NCBI GenBank assembly: GCA_951406725.2
Contig: OX597837.1
Span: 4,154,001-4,218,000, forward strand
Length of the DNA: 64,000 nt
DNA from: Octopus vulgaris
Lineage: Eukaryota
Direction of reading: 5' to 3'
Shown here piece by piece: positions 1 through 13,057 of this stretch. How positions within the stretch are numbered: position 1 is the stretch's first letter; every line of letters starts with the position of its first letter. The translations under genes were made by a program, and so were the position numbers. Below the pieces are notes generated by a model, which was not told the origin of the DNA, ran no database searches, and worked only from the letters and a program-made list of their open reading frames with translations.

Positions 1-150
1 TAGAAGAAGGAGGAGGAGGAGGAGAAGAAGAAGAAGGAGGAGGAGAAGGAGGAGAAGAAGAAGTAGTAGTAGTAGAAGTAGTAGTAGTTGTAGTAGTAGT
101 AGTAGTAGTATTAGTAGTAGTAGTAATAGTAGTAGTAGCAGTTGTAGTTA
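1..150. repeat. Compound (GAA/GGA)n-(TAG)n microsatellite
   Basis: Directly visible trinucleotide runs. Confidence 0.9.
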
Positions 151-960
151 ACGTAAAAGAAAATGTAGTCTGGTGGCTTAGAGGACCTTGTCGCTGCTAT
201 TGTTGAAATTGCTGAAATAGTTGTAATTGTTGTTGTTGTTGGCGATGTTCATGTTATTGTTGTTGTTATCGATATTGCTGCTGTTGGTGTTGCTGCTGTT
301 CATGTTGTTTTTGTAGTAGATGATGGTTTTTTTGTTGTTGCAACTACTTATTACAGGCGGTGGATGTTGATAAAACATACATGGACGGTTTTTTGCGATT
401 TTAATATCTTCTGCAAGTGGATAATAAGACTGAAGTCCGTCATATTCAATATGTACCAATGCAATGAACTAGATACCGTTATCTACCTTGTTCATTTACA
501 CTTGTATCCATAAAATATTTCTTATTCATCTAAAGAAACTCTAATTCAACATTATACGATTACACACCTTTAGTACATTTCTCTGAAGTTATATTACTAC
601 AAACTTGTGATGATACAGTTGTTTAGTCACGACAAGATGCTAATCTGTCTGTCTGTGATAGAAAGGTTTCTTCTTCATTTTACTCGCTCCAGCTTCCACT
701 ATGACTGCGGCGGAATATTACGGTCTTCACCGAAGTATACCGCCGCTAAAATTACAGCTAATTCGAGGTGTGATATTTTAATGTCTAACTATGTAATTTT
801 AATTACGATTTCATGTTGCAACAATTAAAGTAATTAATACACACACCCACACCCACACACAAGAAAAGGAAAGCATCAAACAATACAGAAAGTTTCAAAA
901 CAAAGCGTTTATATTTCAAACGCAAAGGTAGGCCTTTGTGTCCAAAGTATAAAATGTTTT

Positions 961-1256
961 TACGGAGATGTACTCGCATAGCAAGTGATTTGATCTGAGA
1001 TCGTGTGCTGGAACGAAAACAATTGCAGCGTGGAAGGTGTTTGTAAGCCATTTAAGAAGCACACAAAAGTCGTTCGATTCACTTCAACATTTAAGTTCGT
1101 CGCTTTAAGACCGCGACCTGTTCACTGACAAAAATCCGTGCGCGGATTTTAGCGAAGAAAATATTTTGACAAATTAAACTTAAATGTTGAAGTGAATCGA
1201 ACGGCTTTTGTGTGTTTCTTAAATGGCTTACAAACACCTTCCACGCTGCAATTGTT
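961..1256. mobile_element. Fold-back non-autonomous Penelope-like element (family F1) with 13-bp target-site duplication
   Basis: 1143-1256 is the reverse complement of part of 1015-1140; flanked by TATAAAATGTTTT at 948-960 and 1256-1268; same family at 17279-17479 and 56124-56276. Confidence 0.75.
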
Positions 1257-1337
1257 ATAAAATGTTTTGGATATTTTTAAATTCTGCATTGTGAAATACT
1301 TACCTCTGTTCTCCTTTTATTCTTTCTCTCTCTCTCC

Positions 1338-1374
<37 letters not shown>

Positions 1375-1375
1375 A

Positions 1376-1411
<36 letters not shown>

Positions 1412-1469
1412 CATCCATCCATCCATATCTATCTATCCATCCATCCATCCATCCATACCTTGTAATTGT

Positions 1470-1531
<62 letters not shown>

Positions 1532-1555
1532 CATCCATTCATCCATCATCCATCC

Positions 1556-1616
<61 letters not shown>
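1338..1616. repeat. (TCTA)n/(TCCA)n microsatellite, 5' flank of Tx1 LINE
   Basis: Directly visible. Confidence 0.95.
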
Positions 1617-1944
1617 CGGAGGTGCTGTCACTTCGGCTCCGAAGGTAATCGTTTATTTTGACTATTTATAGCCTATATTTTGTGTACATTTTTGCAAATA
1701 AGGTGTGTAAGGCACCCAACTTTCGTTTGAGTGCTTTTCCAAGGGAAGAATTCGCCCCTAGGGGCAGTTTCAACCCCATTTCATTTCTTCTTAATTTTCT
1801 TCTCGACATTAGAAAATGTCGCGAAATTTTATTATAGAACGATGGTCGCGTTCCTTTATGGACCAGCATTTTCCTAGTTTGGAAACGCTAGGAGAAGAAA
1901 AAAGGAACTCATGCACGCAAAGTGCAAACATGAATAACGTTTAA

Positions 1945-3700
1945 ATGAACGCTGCAACAACGTGCAGTAACAGCCCTGTCACCACCCCCAATAACAACAG
2001 TAACCACGAGACTACTACTGCTACCACCAACACCTCCACCACCACCACCATCACTACCACCACAACCAACATAAATGATAAAAATGAAACTCACGCGAAT
2101 ACTATTAAGAAAAACAACAACAACAAGAACAACAATAAAAATGAACTATCTAATAGTGAAGATGTCAATACAAAAAAATCAACAACACCAGTAAATTTCG
2201 CTGACACTCTGCCTCAGAAGAAAGAGATTGTAACATTTACAAATGAAGAGCTCATAGAAACGAGAGCTCTCTTTACAACTCGTGGGCAAGATTTAGTGCT
2301 ACATACACCTCAACACATAAAGCAAGAAATAGAAAATAAGGCAATTATATATAAAATTATAAGGAAAAACAAAAAACTAAATGAACAGATTACAAAAACA
2401 GATGAAGAAAAATGCTTAAAAAACATAATGAAAGAAAAAGAATATATAAACTGGGGTCCCCAGTTTAACACAGTAGTGGTCCGCTTCCCTAACCAGGAAG
2501 TGGCAAAAGCTCACTCTACTGGGTCTCTGGGAAATGATGAAATCATCATGGTCCCATACTATAAAAACCAGAGAGTGAGTCGAATCACTATTAAAAATGT
2601 ACCTACCGAGATTCCTAACAAATGGATAACGGGGACAATCTGTTACCATTTAAAAAATATCAACATTTTGGAAACCACCGTGTACCTAGGCGACATTTGG
2701 GGTGGAAAGACAATAGTGGTGACCATACAGATTGAGGGGGCCTCTATCGATAGCCTACCGGATAAGATCCACTTGGAAAATGGGCAATGCCTATATGTTG
2801 TAGCAGAAGGCAAAAAGCCTAGATGCTACAACTGTGGCAGCACCGAACATTTAATTGCCAAGTGCGCTCTGGTACAGAAAAAAACAAGAAAGAACAAATC
2901 AGAAAACAAATAAAAAACCCTTGTTGCCAACACCAACACCAACACACTCAATTATGGAACAATGCCAAGAAAAACAACAAACCAGCAAACAAACCCCAAC
3001 AACATCACCAAGAAAAGAAACAGTACCAACACAATCACCGTTGACGTCACAACCAATTCAACATGTTGAATCAACAAAAAATAGACCAACGCCCACACCG
3101 AGGACGACAATTAAAAAGACAGAAAACAGTGACGAGAAGACTAATTCTACCCCTAACACCACAACAACACAAACACCGCACAATACATCAACAATTTATA
3201 CAAGCATACATAGTAATGCAAATGCTTTGCCTCTACCCCATACTGATACGTCGGACGACGAAAGTTCGACGGAATGGCAAATAGCCACAGGGGGTAAAAG
3301 GAAAAGATCCAAAAAATCCACCAAACAAGGAAGTAAAGCAGGGAGATATCTAACTCCGGACAACATCCCCCTAGACTATCAAAAAAGCAATGAACCCGTA
3401 AAACCACACACACAACTAACTGGAATAGACACAGACAATAAAGAATTAATGGTCTACATCACATCCAACACGGACATCTGTGAAGATGACTTTAAGACAA
3501 ACAATCATCCGCACACCACACCACCGAAACACATCAGAATTTTACACATAACACAAGCACAACACCACATACTGAAAACAATATTTCCGAATGCGGTAGG
3601 CGGGTTTCAACGATACCTGTCGAAAAAACTATACAAACACCTCATCAAAAACAATACAAAAGAAGAAGAAAAAAATGAAACTTTTAAAATGAGTAAGTGA
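1945..3700 (+). pseudogene. Tx1 ORF1 (gag-like, CCHC zinc knuckle), frameshifted near 2880
   Basis: ORF 1945-2913 contains CYNCGSTEHLIAKC; continues in ORF 2855-3700 after an A-run slip (low-complexity region, WQIATGGKRKR). Confidence 0.85.
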
Positions 3701-3766
3701 CCTCCCCTCTTGCCTCTTGTCTCTTCTAATGTAGTGTGTAAAACACAATTTTCGTAAATGTCAAGT

Positions 3767-6700
3767 ATGCTTAAATTAGGTTGTGTGAATGCGCGTGGCT
3801 TGGCGTCGGCTTAGAAGCAAGGTTACCTTCTAAACGACATCAAGTCACTGAACGTGGATATAGTAGCTATCAGTGAAACCAGACTCAGTAAGCCGCGGGC
3901 CCTCGAGTTCATGTTTGGCAATCAATTTGACATTTATTTTTCTCCCTGTCTGCCGAACATGGGTGGTGGAGGTACCGCGGTGCTTTTTCGAAAGTGTCTA
4001 AATGTAAAAGTAAGAGCAATACTTCTAGACCCGGAGGCTATTTGGACGTGGATGGCAGGAATGGGTGTGCATTCCGTCTGATGGCAGTTTATGCACCGTC
4101 CTTAACGGGTCGGGCGGATTTCTTCAGACGTCTAGAGGTTTTCCTGGGTACGTCTAGACCTTTACTGTTAGTAGTGGATTGGAACGCTACCTTGGACACG
4201 CATCTAGATTATGTGGGAAGGGATAGGAATAGAAGGGGGTGTAAGAGCCTCAAAGACCTGCTCAGACGTTTCCATTTGTCTGACAGGTTCCGACTCGACC
4301 ATCCGAACGTGTCAACGTGGACTTGGACAAACCGCGTCGGATCGTCGAGATCTTATCTAGATAGAATTCTATGCAGGACAGCGGAGAGGGATAGTGTAGG
4401 ATGTCCACAATTTAAAATAGTCAGCTACACAGATCACAAATTTGTTACGTGTACGCTCGACTTAGATAAAACACATAGGCAGGGTCCCGGTTACTGGAAA
4501 CTGAACACGTCGCTGTTAGCGCGACAAGTTTACAGGAACCGGATTAGCGAGTTAATTAAGAGGGCGCTGATGGGAGCCGTCGTTAACAACCGCTGGTGGT
4601 ACGCCCTGAAAATGGCAATACAATCGGAATCAATTAGGTTTAGCAAGGAATTAGCGATAGAACGAAATAGAGTGGAGGGAGACTTGGTTAAGAAACTAGA
4701 AGAGGCACTTACCACTGGCAGCGCAACCAATGTGCTGGCTGCGAGGATGGCCCTCGACTAACACCTCAACGCCAAGCACGAAGGTTGCGCCGTCAGAGCT
4801 AAAATGCGTGCCTTAAGGAACGAAGGGATCGAAGCTGCGCGAGAGGCCCGGGTAGCGGAGGCGCAGCGTGGCAACAGAGCCACCATTCGGTCTCTAATAG
4901 ATCAACAGGGATGCAGTTTACTCGAACCCGAAAGGATGTGTGAAGCCTTTCAACAGCACTTTGCTCGACTGTTTGGTGCGAGTGGTGGGTCGGAACGCGG
5001 GATGGATTTCAGTGCCTACCTGACCGACCTGCCGCTGCTCTCGGCAAGAGAAGCAGAGAGTTGTGAAAGTCCCTTCACAGCCGCTGACGTGTGGGATGCG
5101 ATGGCGGGATGGATAAGTCGCCTGGATTGGATGGTTTACTCTACGAGCTGTATTGTCAAATGCCAGACTTGTTTGGCGACCTCTTGGCATCGGTCTACTG
5201 CAACTGGCAACAAAACGGGAGAATCCCCTGTTTCGTGAGCCGAGGTGCAGTGACGTTGCTGAAGAAAGACCCAAACAAGGGGAATTTATAGATAATTTCA
5301 GGCCCATCACTCTGCTCAACGCAGATTTGAAAATTTTGGCCAAAGTAATAGCCGAGAGGTTGGCGCTTGTCATTGGTAAACTGGTCGACAGGGCGCAAAC
5401 ATGCGCCGTGCCGGGCAGAACCATACATGACAACCTCCATCTGATGCGCTACATTGTGGACAGGGTAGTTAAGGATCCTGGCATGGGTGGGGCGCTGATA
5501 AATTTGGATCAGTCTAAAGCCTTCGATAGGGTCGACCATCGGTACTTGGCGGCCGTCCTCAGGGCGGCTGGCTTCGGTCCCGTCTTCCGCGGTTGGATCG
5601 CTGCCTTGTGGGTTTGCTACTCGGCACCTGGAGAAGCAAGCCCATACCGTCCGACTGCGGCTCAGTAGTGGGACGCTGGACGAACGGACCGGTTAAATTG
5701 CTCGGGGTCTGGTTCAGTCCAGACCTCCAAATGGATAAGAACTGGGACGAGATCACGAGTAGAGTGGTCGCTCTCAGCCAAACATGGGCCGAGAGAAAGC
5801 TGTCTCTAAAAGGCCGGGCGGAGGTGGAGAACGCGTACATCGCATCCGTCATCGATTACCGCCTGACCGTCGTACCTTGTCCCGACGCCACCATCACCAA
5901 ACTGGAACGCATACTCTTCCGCTTCCTGTGGAAGGGTGGCGTTCCGATGGTGAGGAAGTCAATTTGCTGTCAACATCCGTTGAATGGAGGACTGGGCATG
6001 CCGTGGTTGATGATGCGCAGGCATGCGCTGAGACAGCGACATCTCTGGAACTTCATCGACGACGGTGAACAGGTGTGGGTACCGTTTGTGAGGCGCGACT
6101 TCCCGCAGCTCGTCTCACTGACCGAACTGGATCAAAAAGAGACCGAAACTGGGCAATTGGCACCGAGAGTGTCGCCAAGCTCTACAGCAGCTCTGCCGAC
6201 CGGGGTCAAACTTGTGCAACTTACAAACGACTAAAGCGTTCTATAGAGGACTAGTGGAGAGCAGGTCCGACGACACACTAGGGGCAAACATGGGCGTCGA
6301 CGAGAAATTCCTAACCCGCCTGTTCAGGACGACATTCGGGCCGGGGCCTATGGATAACTTCCAGAAATTCCTTGCTTGGCAGTGCTATCGAGACGCACTA
6401 CCTGTTCGAGAGAAGAGCTACAGATACGGTTCGAAAACCATCACCGGACCGACCTGCCCGAGATGCGGTCAGAGCGACGAAACCGTTCTGCACACACTCG
6501 TGCAGTGTCCAGATATTTCAGTGTTGTGGTCCTTCGTCGAACAGCTGTTGTCACGTGTAGGTCAGGCTCGCCTATCGGCCGAGTCTATCGTGAGTATTGT
6601 TCCACCACCTTCCTTTAAACGGGAAGGGAAAACGGTTTTCGTTACGCTGATGGCTACGGCAAAAGAATGTGTGTGGCGGACGCGTTTGAAAGGACTGCAA

Positions 6701-6898
6701 ACAAACACCTTCCTCTCTGGTCAGTCTCTCGTCAACTTTTTCAAGTACCACTTGAAAAGGAGGATGAGAATAAAGAGGAAGGCTTTGTCGAACGAATGTT
6801 TTAATAAAAAAGTGGGTAAAAGTGGCAAAAATGGTCAGTATGAAAGACGACACTATTTTAAGCATAAATCTGTAACCAAAAGAGACAACGAGAAGTAA
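3767..6898 (+). pseudogene. Tx1 ORF2 (APE endonuclease + reverse transcriptase + zinc finger), disrupted
   Basis: Starts MLKLGCVNARGL; motifs DIVAISET, AVYAPS, SYLDRIL, SYTDHK, GYWKLN, KSPGLDGL, FRPITLLNADLKILAK, LDQSKAFDRVDH, GGLGMP, CPRCGQSDETVLHTLVQC; several stops/frameshifts and an internal deletion near 5609 removing the QGCPLSP and YADD region. Confidence 0.93.
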
Positions 6899-7078
6899 GG
6901 CGACTTACTCATGTGTTCTTTTTCGAATTGTCTGATGTGACCTTGGTCTTTTTTGTAGATTTTTCTTTCCAAGGCTACACCTAAACTGTGAACCTTATAT
7001 ATATATATATATATTGCTTTTTTATACACCACACAACCCACAGATCCCTATTGATCAAACGTTTTTTTTTTGTGCCCC

Positions 7079-7082
7079 ATCC

Positions 7083-7136
<54 letters not shown>

Positions 7137-7162
7137 ATATCTATCTATCCATCCATCAATCC

Positions 7163-7216
<54 letters not shown>
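7079..7216. repeat. (TCTA)n microsatellite, 3' flank of Tx1 LINE
   Basis: Directly visible. Confidence 0.95.
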
Positions 7217-7217
<1 letters not shown>

Positions 7218-7587
7218 GGATAGTGGTTATCACCTCTTTAAAGTGGTTGTTCTCAAAGAGATAATGGTACTGCCATTTTAACCCCAGGAAGACATTTCCT
7301 CCATAGCAATATGTATCGCAAGCGGGAGAGAACTCACTGATGATAACCTTATCCTACCCATACCCTTTCCCACTTCACCCCCACTCTATCCCCGCCGACA
7401 CCAACCCTCGTCCTGCCACACCTAATACAGACCCTGACACTGCCCCTGCCCTTACAATTATACAAGCAATCACACGTATAGTTTTTATAGGCATATAATT
7501 TTGACAGATCAAAAGAACCGGATATACACAATATAAGTTTACTGAGTATTATAGCGTCTACGATAAATATAAGTATATGCATAATTT

Positions 7588-7992
<405 letters not shown>

Positions 7993-8364
7993 TATATATA
8001 TATAATCCATCTGTCTCTGTGTGTGACTTCTAGTATCTCGGGCATCCTTCGATTACGCTCAAATTTGATATGTAGGTACCGACGGTATCAGGGCGGGTAT
8101 AAGTCTTGAAAAAATTTCAAAAATCGTTTCCAATTGAAACTACGATCGATAAAGCCGTGGGAACGTGCACTTGTAAAATCGTTTTTCATGGAATAGAAAA
8201 AGTCTATCTTTATTTCTTGTTTTGTTGTTATCTCAAATTGAGGTCGGCCAAGTTGTTTTCAGAAAATTTGCTTTAAATATTTGACAACTCAGCGCCGTCC
8301 ATTGGACGTGGGGTGGGTGTGGGTGCGTTTTGCTCGTATATATATATGTCTTCTTGTCTTTATA

Positions 8365-8767
8365 TCTTTACTTGTTTCAGTCATTTGACTGCGGCCATGC
8401 TGGAGCACCACCTTTAGTCGAACAAATTGACCCAAGACTTATTCTTTGTAAGCCTAGTACTTATTCTATCGGTCTCTTTTGCTGAACCGCTAAGTAATGG
8501 GGACGTAAACACACCAATATCGGTTGGCAAGCGATGTGGGGGGGACAAACATAGACACACAAACACACACACAAACACTCACACATGTATATACATATAT
8601 ACGACGGGCTTTTTTTCAGTTTCCGTCTAGCAAATCCATTCACAAGGCTTTGGTTTGCCTGAGGCCATAGTAGAAGACACTCGTCCAAGGTGCCACGCAG
8701 TGGGACTGAACCCGGAATCATGTGGTTGGTAAACAAGCTACCTACCACACATCCACTCCTGCGCCTA
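8365..8767 (-). mobile_element. tRNA-derived SINE family A (~400 bp, internal TA/TG tract)
   Basis: Reverse complement of the family head GGCGCAGGAGTGG...GGTTCAGTCCC; tail ATGACTGAAACAAGTAAA; more than 10 copies in window. Confidence 0.9.
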
Positions 8768-9394
8768 TATATAAGAATATTTAAGAATTAGCATAATCTT
8801 CGTTTAGGTACTAATATAGTCATTATAGATAAAGAAATAAGTAACAAAACAGAAATATACTTAGTGTTTCAGAGGAAAATATCATCATTGTTTATAAAGT
8901 TATAATTCGTGCTTTCGAGAAAAAACAGAACCGGAAGTATATAATAAGACGTAACAAATGTCTTTAATCTCTATGGAATCTATTATAAATCTATTTGTAT
9001 GTTATTGCTATCATTATTAAATTTAATTTAAATGATTATAGCCATTTAAGATAAAATAAAATAATTTAATTTAATTTACTTATAACTTTATAACTTTAAT
9101 TAAATTACAAATATACTAATATAGTTTTATACATAACATAAATACGTTACGGTATTTGTAAATTTTAATCCAATACTAGACAATCAAATTTTATATAATA
9201 TATGATATGATACTTAATTTATTTAGTAATTCACTGAAATACTGTAAATATCCACATCAATATAGTAATCTAAACTTATTAATCAGTCGGTTCCTAAAAA
9301 TTGTTTTCAAAATTCAATTACATCAAAACATGTCGATTACATTGTATATAAAGAACACAGGAAAATTGTGTTCACGACATCATCCATATATATG

Positions 9395-9490
9395 TATGTT
9401 TGAACAAATAGACTGGAACTCATCATTGACGGATATACCTATTCCCAGTAAGAGTGAATATACAATAAATTTGATAGATCAGATTAAAAT
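9395..9490 (+). pseudogene. Penelope-like (Naiad-type) ORF N-terminal fragment
   Basis: IDWNSSLTDIPIPSKSEYTINLIDQIK resembles the SLKNIPIPSK..Y N-terminal motif of these PLE ORFs. Confidence 0.55.
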
Positions 9491-9584
9491 ATACAGTCCA
9501 CTTTTAATTTCTGGATATTCACTACTTAAATGAAATAAAAAGTATATCCCTATAATATTAGTAACTTGGGCAGAATCACCTGAT

Positions 9585-9702
9585 CCCATAGTAGAAGGCT
9601 ATAGTAGAAGACATTTGCCCAAGGTGCCACGCAGTGGGACTGAACCCGGAACCATGTGGTTGGTAAGCAAGCTACTTACCACACAGCCACTCCTGCACCT
9701 AT
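9585..9702 (-). mobile_element. SINE family A, 5' part
   Basis: Matches family A head. Confidence 0.85.
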
Positions 9703-9739
9703 AAATTTACTATATAAATTTACTTGTATTTTTATTATC

Positions 9740-10460
9740 AAACCAATAAATAGCTTCGTATTAGACCAAAGTTCAATTTTTTTCTTAAGTGCATCTATAT
9801 ACTTTATCTAAAATATTTTTACTTAATCTACCTAGATCAGATCGGCCTGGAAAAATTAACCTAATTTTAGTGTTAGAAAACAAATTCTCCTTGTGATGTT
9901 TTAAAGTGAAGCGAGGTTGCATAGTCACAGATGGTTCTGCTCTATCATCACAATTAGAATCATTCATAATTTTATTAGCTTCCAAGTTAATGGAGCTTAA
10001 AACATTTTTACTTACTACTTTATAATTACTAGTAATTTCACTCTTCATTAATACATGATATTCAAATATATCGATATTATATGTTTCCAGTTTTATCAGA
10101 TTGCGCAATAATCCCATTTTTTCTTTTAAGGTCACATACCAAATATTTCAGATCCTTTAAGTGTTCATTCCCCTAAGGAGATACTCAACGGATTAAATAT
10201 TTTTAACAACAGATCGTAAATCATTATCAAAGGATTCCAAATGGCGGTTTGCTGGTGGAAATTTCATAGTCTTCAAGTTCATTTTAAAAAGTTCAATTTC
10301 TTCGTTATGAAGGTTAATTATCCGTTCGACTTCTTTATCATAGTACAATGCTTTCCATCGGATTCTATGGATAAATTCAGTAGTTTTTACTAATTAGGTC
10401 CTTAATATAACCCTTCCTCGGTTGTATAGGAATGTTTTTTAAACATATGTCAATCTGTGA
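9740..10460 (-). pseudogene. Penelope-like (Naiad-type) RT ORF, N-terminal part, decayed
   Basis: Minus strand reads ICLKNIPIQPRKGYIKDLISK/TTEFIHRIRWKALYY ... FTLKHHKENLFSNTKIRLIFPGRSDLGRLSKNILD (cf. TLKDHK.NF...CRLINP.KS.IG.ISK.ILD). Confidence 0.75.
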
Positions 10461-10770
10461 TTTCTACGTTTTACCAGCAAAAAACACTAGTATAATTACT
10501 CAAGTAATATATAAAATAAATTCAGTACAAGAATAAACTATTTCCTTTATAGTGATGAAATATTTTTAGATTTAGGATTATTAAAAGTAGACAAGATATG
10601 ATAGTTATGATAGTTATACTAGTTTCTATTTATTTTATCTATTTGAATTATTTATTTATATTTTTTATTATATTCTTAAATTATTTATGCTCACGCTTAC
10701 AATCATATTTAATGCACTCTGTTCTAGGATTAAACATTTTTTAGATAAAATTGTATCTAATTATGTCAAA

Positions 10771-10859
10771 TATTACCCTGAGGATATTCATATCCCAACA
10801 TACGAAATTTTTATAAATTCATTGTTGGGTATGCATCGAAACAATTTGTAGGATTAATA
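10771..10859 (+). ncRNA. Type I hammerhead ribozyme motif (long stem II)
   Basis: CTGAGGA 10778-10784, stem II CATATCCCAACA/TGTTGGGTATG, GAAAC-AATTT-GTA 10838-10850. Confidence 0.65.
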
Positions 10860-11118
10860 TTTTAATTTTTATTCTTATTATATTATATGATATTAAGTGT
10901 AATATAATATTATTTTAATAAATTATATTTAAAATATGTGAATTGTAAATTTTCATTTTCATTTAATTGTTGTATATTGAATATAAAACCCTTTTGGGTT
11001 GTGAAAATCTTCCTTGCCATATTGTGTAATTACTGAAAAACCAGTGGAAAATTGCATGTATTTTTCCTTGTATTAAATTTATATACATACACATACATAC
11101 ATACATACATACATACAT

Positions 11119-11179
<61 letters not shown>

Positions 11180-11254
11180 TATATATACATATATATGTAT
11201 ATATATATGTATATATATAGACACACATATATATACATACATATATATATACAC

Positions 11255-11296
<42 letters not shown>

Positions 11297-11919
11297 GAGG
11301 GAAGCAGTGGAGAACTCCCTCCTTCTTCAAAAGCCAATCGCATACGATTGCTCATTGAAAAAGTGATTACGTGGGTAGTGCTCCACCGTGTCCACAGCCT
11401 TAGTGCTGATACTTATAAGAGAAAAATAAAATAAATATATATATATATATATATATATGTGTGTATGTATATGTATGGTTGCATGTATATATATATGGTT
11501 GAACGTATGTATGTATTTATGAATGTATACACATACGCATATATGCATACAAGCAGCAGGATTCCCATATTCAATATATATAACAATGGTTTATCATTCA
11601 CTTCAATCATTTCGTAAAGCATTATTTAAGTGCAAATGCCTCTTTTCGATGATAGAGAAAAACAGGAAAGCTTGTTGGACTTGGCAGTTGTTTACTTTGA
11701 ATCCCAGTAGATTATTTTTTGGATTATGAGTGTCTTCCATATCAAGTTATGGAAATCTTTTCAATTTTGCTATCTGTTATTTTTCAGTTGTTTTGTAAAC
11801 GAGATATAGTTGCTCGATAATTGGATCTCAATGAGCGAACACGGTGGTTACATTTAACATTAAGACTATTCACATTATCATTTTTCTCAAAAACTATCTG
11901 CAGTTGTTAGATTTGCCTG

Positions 11920-12329
11920 GGATCTTTTCGGTTTGAACGGCAGTTTTTTCTAGCGGTGTCATATGAAATTGTCACCCATAATTATGACCCTAGTATCGAT
12001 CTATTGCATTTCAATCTGTTTTAAGGTTACGGGTGGGGAGAAGGGTATCTTTTTTTCTTCACAAACCTAAATAAACCCAATCTGTTTCTTAAACGAGGGT
12101 CATATTAATACGGCACAGAATGTTTTTTTACCTTAATAGACTTCAGTGATTGGTTGAAATTGCAGAAATTGAAGAAAAAAACAACAAATACCTTGCAAAC
12201 TATAGAATTTTCTCAATAAAGCCAAGAGAAAAAGATGTTTTATAAACACATTCTACCAGTATACGAAGTTTAACATTTTTTAACTACCTAGACATTATGC
12301 TAAAAACTGCCGTTCAAAAGAAAAAATCC
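11920..12329. mobile_element. MITE with ~30-bp imperfect TIRs and 8-bp TSD (Merlin/hAT-like)
   Basis: Termini GGATCTTTTCGGTTTGAACGGCAGTTTT and AAAAACTGCCGTTCAAAAGAAAAAATCC; TTTGCCTG at 11912-11919 and 12330-12337. Confidence 0.85.
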
Positions 12330-12585
12330 TTTGCCTGTACATCCCTGCCTCAAATATGTAAGATTTGTTATATATCTATTAAAGTTTATGTAGAGATTAA
12401 GAAGTTCAAATTTTCTGTAAATGCAAACCAATTATTCGGGTAAAGATTGTTTAGGTGTGTTTTGACGAGTATGGTGTAAGACGCAACACACGATGTCTTA
12501 CAGGCAATTAGGTCTCAGCAAATTATGTTTCGCCTCCAACTTTTACGAGATGTTGCTGGTGGAAGGATATTTTTAAATCGCGTGC

Positions 12586-12695
12586 AGAGAATTCGTCGAC
12601 AGACAGTTCGCCGACTGATAATTCGCCAACAGATAATTCGCCGACTGATAATTCGCCAACAGATAATTCGCCGAATGGACAATTGACTGATTGGA
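12586..12695. repeat. 15-bp minisatellite (GATAATTCGCCRACW)
   Basis: About 6 tandem units visible. Confidence 0.85.
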
Positions 12696-13057
12696 CAATA
12701 AGTCAACGTGCGTAAGTATTGATAATGGAGTTCTTCAAAACGGAACGAGGAGGCATACAAGCAAACAAGCACACGTAATAATAATAATAATGATAATAAT
12801 AGTAATAAGTGGATGTAAACCTGAACAAAATAAAAAGAAAAAAAAGAATAAACAAAAACAAAAACAAATTACATGGATGTATATAAACAGAAGATACAAA
12901 TATTACAGGCATCCCCCCCTAACACACATACACACTAACTAAACATAGACGCACATAGAGATATACGCATGCGCAAATGAAGACAAATACAATAGAAATG
13001 CAAAATGGCTGACGGTTAGTAAGGAGAGACACACAAATAAGAAAAAAGAAAGCAAAA

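Larger units (their letters stand above)
1617..7078 (+). mobile_element. Tx1/L1-clade non-LTR retrotransposon, near full length, inactivated
   Basis: Two-ORF layout: gag-like ORF1 with CCHC knuckle, ORF2 with APE endonuclease, RT and C-terminal zinc finger; flanked on both sides by (TCTA)n. Confidence 0.92.

Noticed and set aside
178-459. 93-aa N-rich ORF as a possible downstream exon
   Set aside because: Mostly a decayed (CAA)n tract; non-ATG start, stop a few codons upstream, no recognisable domain
10963-11622. Numerous [12 protein letters not shown]/poly-I/L/Y ORFs here and throughout the window
   Set aside because: Translations of (TA)n, (TG)n, (TCTA)n and (ATT)n microsatellites, not genes
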